From a virus (lineage: Duplodnaviria > Heunggongvirae > Uroviricota > Caudoviricetes): DNA of 12,128 bases. The translations under genes were made by a program, and so were the position numbers. Below, in pieces: positions 9,491-12,128 of this stretch. The stretch is from positions 1-12,128 of the IMG/VR virus record IMGVR_UViG_2778261502_000010; one strand, 5' to 3'. Position 1 is the stretch's first letter, and the number at the start of each line of letters is the position of its first letter. The notes beneath the pieces are model-generated. The model searched no databases. It saw nothing but the letters and a program-made list of their open reading frames with translations, and was not told the DNA's origin.

Positions 9491-10168
9491 TGCTTGTTTA
9501 GAGCAATTTTCATAACAACTCTTCATTACAAAGCCCATCTACTGGTGGGCTTGATAATGAAACCGTGATTTACATCCCCACAATCCGGGTATGTAAAAGA
9601 TAGTTCAGGCGAGAACGGATTTAACTAAATCTGTGCGCCACCAGTTAACGGCAGTACCACGAAACAACCCAAGCCAGTAAGTGGGGAAATAACACCGGCA
9701 GCCACTGAAAGATGAACCTCCTGCCTTATGGCAAAAAAGATTCTTTGTGGTGGCGGACTGATGGAAAGACATCCTAATTTCAGCCAAACATTGAAGGAGT
9801 TGTTATGTCAGCAGAAGGTTTCAATAACCCATCAAAATTCCGGGATGAGTGGGATAGCAGCGTAAAGAGTAAGTGATGCCATCACAAAAGCCATTCCCTA
9901 CAGAGTGGCTTTGATAATGGCTTATACCCTACACGGGATAACTTAACTGATATCCCTTTTAAAGGATAAAGGTATTCAAGCCTGACACATCATGCGCTGT
10001 ATCGTCGCCGTATTCCCGTATTAACAGAGACCGTAGCCCGACGGGGAACTCCTTCTGCGCGAGTGTGCGGGAATAATCAAAAACGATGCACACCGGGGTT
10101 ACCGGGTACACATATTTCATCATGCCAGCGAGTCCGGTTCTGGCACGGAAGAAACCGGACGTTATGAT

Positions 10169-10579
10169 TTAGTGCGGAAATATTTGTGTAGTGTTCTGAA
10201 TGTTCTCAGTAAAGAGTAATGAATTATCAAAGGTATAGTAATACCTTTTGTTTTCGTGGATATTTGTAATCCATCTGAAAACCCCTGCTGTAGCAAGATT
10301 TTTCCTGTATTCGTAAAATGATAACTCTCCTGATTTGAATCCTTTTAATGTGGCTTCTATAAGGCATTTATTTTTTGAAAATCTTACATTTACAACCTTA
10401 CCCTGTCCTTTTATTAAAACCGTATTATCGTTTTCAAGAACAAGATGAATATTCTCTGTGGCTAAATAGTAAATGTAATGTGAGACATTGTGACGTTTTA
10501 GTTCAGAATAAAACCAGTGATAGTTTAAATTATTTCGCACTTTATCGAATATTTGTTTAAAAATGGCAACCTGAGCCAT
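10169..10579 (-). CDS. ybcV: YbcV-like protein (DUF1398 family), 136 aa from the MAQVAIF start
   Basis: [58 protein letters not shown]...[38 protein letters not shown] resembles DLP12 YbcV from memory. GAAGG lies upstream of the second ATG; the first ATG is at 10594. Confidence 0.7.
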   Translation of the reverse strand: MAQVAIFKQIFDKVRNNLNYHWFYSELKRHNVSHYIYYLATENIHLVLENDNTVLIKGQGKVVNVRFSKNKCLIEATLKGFKSGELSFYEYRKNLATAGVFRWITNIHENKRYYYTFDNSLLFTENIQNTTQIFPH

Positions 10580-10636
10580 TGTAGTACCTTCCATGTGATA
10601 TGAGGGTACCTAGTCTGCACGATTATCTAAATTGCT

Positions 10637-10870
10637 TCAATCTGGTCTGACCTGCTTTCTGAGCAATTCAGTAATGTCACTCTTTTCTTTGTTTGCTTCA
10701 GGCGAAACTCTTTTTTCTGAGCACAGTCTTCGGCGGCAGGCTTCAATGACCCAGGCTGAGAAGTTCCCAGACCCTTTTTGATCAAGAGCGATGTTAATTT
10801 GTTCAATCATTTGGTTAGGAAAGCGGATGTTGCGGGTTGTTGTTCTGCGGGTTCTGTTCTTCGTTGACAT
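10637..10870 (-). CDS. ylcI: YlcI-like small basic protein (DUF3950-like, possible ribbon-helix-helix DNA binder), 77 aa
   Basis: MSTKNRTRRTTTRNIRFPNQMIEQINIALDQKGSGNFSAWVIEACRRRL...: basic N-terminus followed by a beta-helix-helix-like pattern; it lies directly upstream of and co-oriented with the ybcV-like gene. Confidence 0.6.
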   Translation of the reverse strand: MSTKNRTRRTTTRNIRFPNQMIEQINIALDQKGSGNFSAWVIEACRRRLCSEKRVSPEANKEKSDITELLRKQVRPD

Positions 10871-11069
10871 GAGGTTGTCCCGTATTCAGTGTCGCTGATT
10901 TGTATTGTCTGAAGTTGTTTTTACGTTAAGTTGATGCAGATCAATTAATATGATACCTGCGTCATAATTGATTATTTGACGTGGTTTGATGGCGTAGATG
11001 CACGTTGTGACATGCAGATGATAATTATTATCATTTTGCGGGTCCTTTCCGGCGATCCGACAGGTTACG

Positions 11070-11257
11070 GGGCGGCGACCTCGCGGGTTTTTGCTATTTA
11101 TGAAAATTTTCCGGTTTAAGGTGTTTCCGTTCTTCTTCGTCGTAACTTAATGTTTTTATTTAAAATACCCCTGAAAAGAAAGGAAACGACAGGTGCTGAA
11201 AACGAGCTTTTGGGCCTTTGTCGTTTCCTTTCTCTGTTTTTGGCCGTGGAATGAACA
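11070..11257. other. cos: cos site: cosN 12-nt cohesive-end sequence GGGCGGCGACCT (11070-11081) and the cosB terminase-binding region up to Nu1
   Basis: ...GGTCCTTTCCGGCGATCCGACAGGTTACG|GGGCGGCGACCTCGCGGGTTTTTGCTATTTATGAAAATTTTCCGGTTTAAGG... matches the junction of the lambda right and left ends from memory. Confidence 0.88.
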
Positions 11258-11803
11258 ATGGAAGTCAACAAAAAGCAGCTGGCTGACATTTTCGGTGCGA
11301 GTATCCGTACCATTCAGAACTGGCAGGAACAGGGAATGCCCGTTCTGCGAGGCGGTGGCAAGGGTAATGAGGTGCTTTATGACTCTGCCGCCGTCATAAA
11401 ATGGTATGCCGAAAGGGATGCTGAAATTGAGAACGAAAAGCTGCGCCGGGAGGTTGAAGAACTGCGGCAGGCCAGCGAGGCAGATCTCAAGCCAGGGACT
11501 ATTGAGTACGAACGCCATCGACTTACGCGTGCGCAGGCCGACGCACAGGAACTGAAGAATGCCAGAGACTCCGCTGAAGTGGTGGAAACCGCATTCTGTA
11601 CTTTCGTGTTGTCGCGGATCGCAGGTGAAATTGCCAGTATTCTCGACGGGATCCCCCTGTCGGTGCAGCGGCGTTTTCCGGAACTGGAAAACCGACATGT
11701 TGATTTCCTGAAACGGGATATCATCAAAGCCATGAACAAAGCAGCCGCGCTGGATGAACTGATACCGGGGTTGCTGAGTGAATATATCGAACAGTCAGGT
11801 TAA
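11258..11803 (+). CDS. nu1: Terminase small subunit Nu1 (181 aa), lambda type
   Basis: [71 protein letters not shown]... is near-identical to lambda Nu1 from memory. Confidence 0.93.
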   Translation: MEVNKKQLADIFGASIRTIQNWQEQGMPVLRGGGKGNEVLYDSAAVIKWYAERDAEIENEKLRREVEELRQASEADLKPGTIEYERHRLTRAQADAQELKNARDSAEVVETAFCTFVLSRIAGEIASILDGIPLSVQRRFPELENRHVDFLKRDIIKAMNKAAALDELIPGLLSEYIEQSG

Positions 11804-11960
11804 CAGGCTGCGGCATTTTGTCCGCGCCGGGCTTCGCTCACTGTTCAGGCCGGAGCCACAGACCGCCGTTGAATGGGCGGATGCCAATTACTATCTCCCG
11901 AAAGAATCCGCATACCAGGAAGGGCGCTGGGAAACACTGCCCTTTCACCATCACCGTTAA
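11778..11960 (+). pseudogene. A: Terminase large subunit A, N-terminal ~55 codons only, truncated by a deletion
   Basis: [56 protein letters not shown] matches the lambda gpA N-terminus from memory, then HHHR and TAA at 11958-11960. The ~640-aa remainder is absent. Confidence 0.85.
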
Positions 11961-12027
11961 CGCTGCTGGTAACGCGGAAAACACCGTCAAAAACATCGCA
12001 TTTAACTATATTGTGAGGCTTGCATAA
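11948..12027 (+). pseudogene. stf: 3'-terminal fragment of a side-tail-fibre gene (Stf C-terminus) fused to the terminase stub
   Basis: The frame ending at TAA 12025-12027 reads ...[24 protein letters not shown], the typical C-terminal tail of lambdoid side tail fibre proteins, immediately followed by the tfa start. Confidence 0.55.
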
Positions 12028-12128
12028 TGGCATTCAGAATGAGTGAACAAGCACGGACCATAAAAATTTATAATCTGCTGGCCGGAACTAATGAATTTAT
12101 TGGTGAAGGTGACGCATATATTCCGCCT
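12027..12128 (+). CDS. tfa: Tail fibre assembly protein, N-terminal part (runs off the window end)
   Basis: ATG at 12027, then [33 protein letters not shown], matching the Tfa N-terminus (TfaD/TfaE-like) from memory. Confidence 0.85.
   Translation, partial: MAFRMSEQARTIKIYNLLAGTNEFIGEGDAYIPP

Noticed and set aside
11156-11698. 180-aa minus-strand ORF overlapping cos and Nu1
   Set aside because: Antisense to the well-supported Nu1 gene and spanning the cos site; low-complexity translation with no RBS. Treated as a spurious frame.

Overview
This window is a decayed lambdoid prophage, a mosaic of lambda-, 434-, P22- and phage-21/DLP12-like modules laid out in prophage order. All calls rest on reading the sequence and recalling reference proteins from memory; no database search was run. 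Left to right: a P22-type integrase (3' end at position 1, interrupted by an in-frame amber codon) and xis; lambda-type nutL and the N leader joined directly to xis, so N and the recombination region are missing; 434-type OL; an unrecognised secreted-protein gene translationally coupled to a 434-type cI; 434 OR1-3, cro, lambda nutR, cII, oop and O with the ori iterons; a truncated P and frameshifted nin remnants; rusA, ylcG and a Q-family antiterminator; a convergent NmpC/Lc-type porin with a ~570 bp AT-rich upstream region; a phage-21-type lysis cassette (dual-start holin, SAR endolysin, Rz/Rz1); a T5orf172/GIY-YIG-like gene and ~0.7 kb of low-coding DNA; a ylcI/ybcV-like pair; lambda cos, Nu1, and a terminase A stub fused to the 3' tail of a side-tail-fibre gene, followed by tfa. 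No rRNA, tRNA, CRISPR array or IS element was seen. The best candidates for undescribed biology are the lysogen-expressed secreted protein in the rex position (1728-2132), the T5orf172-domain gene and adjacent non-coding stretch (8966-10168), and the RHH + DUF1398-like pair (10169-10870).
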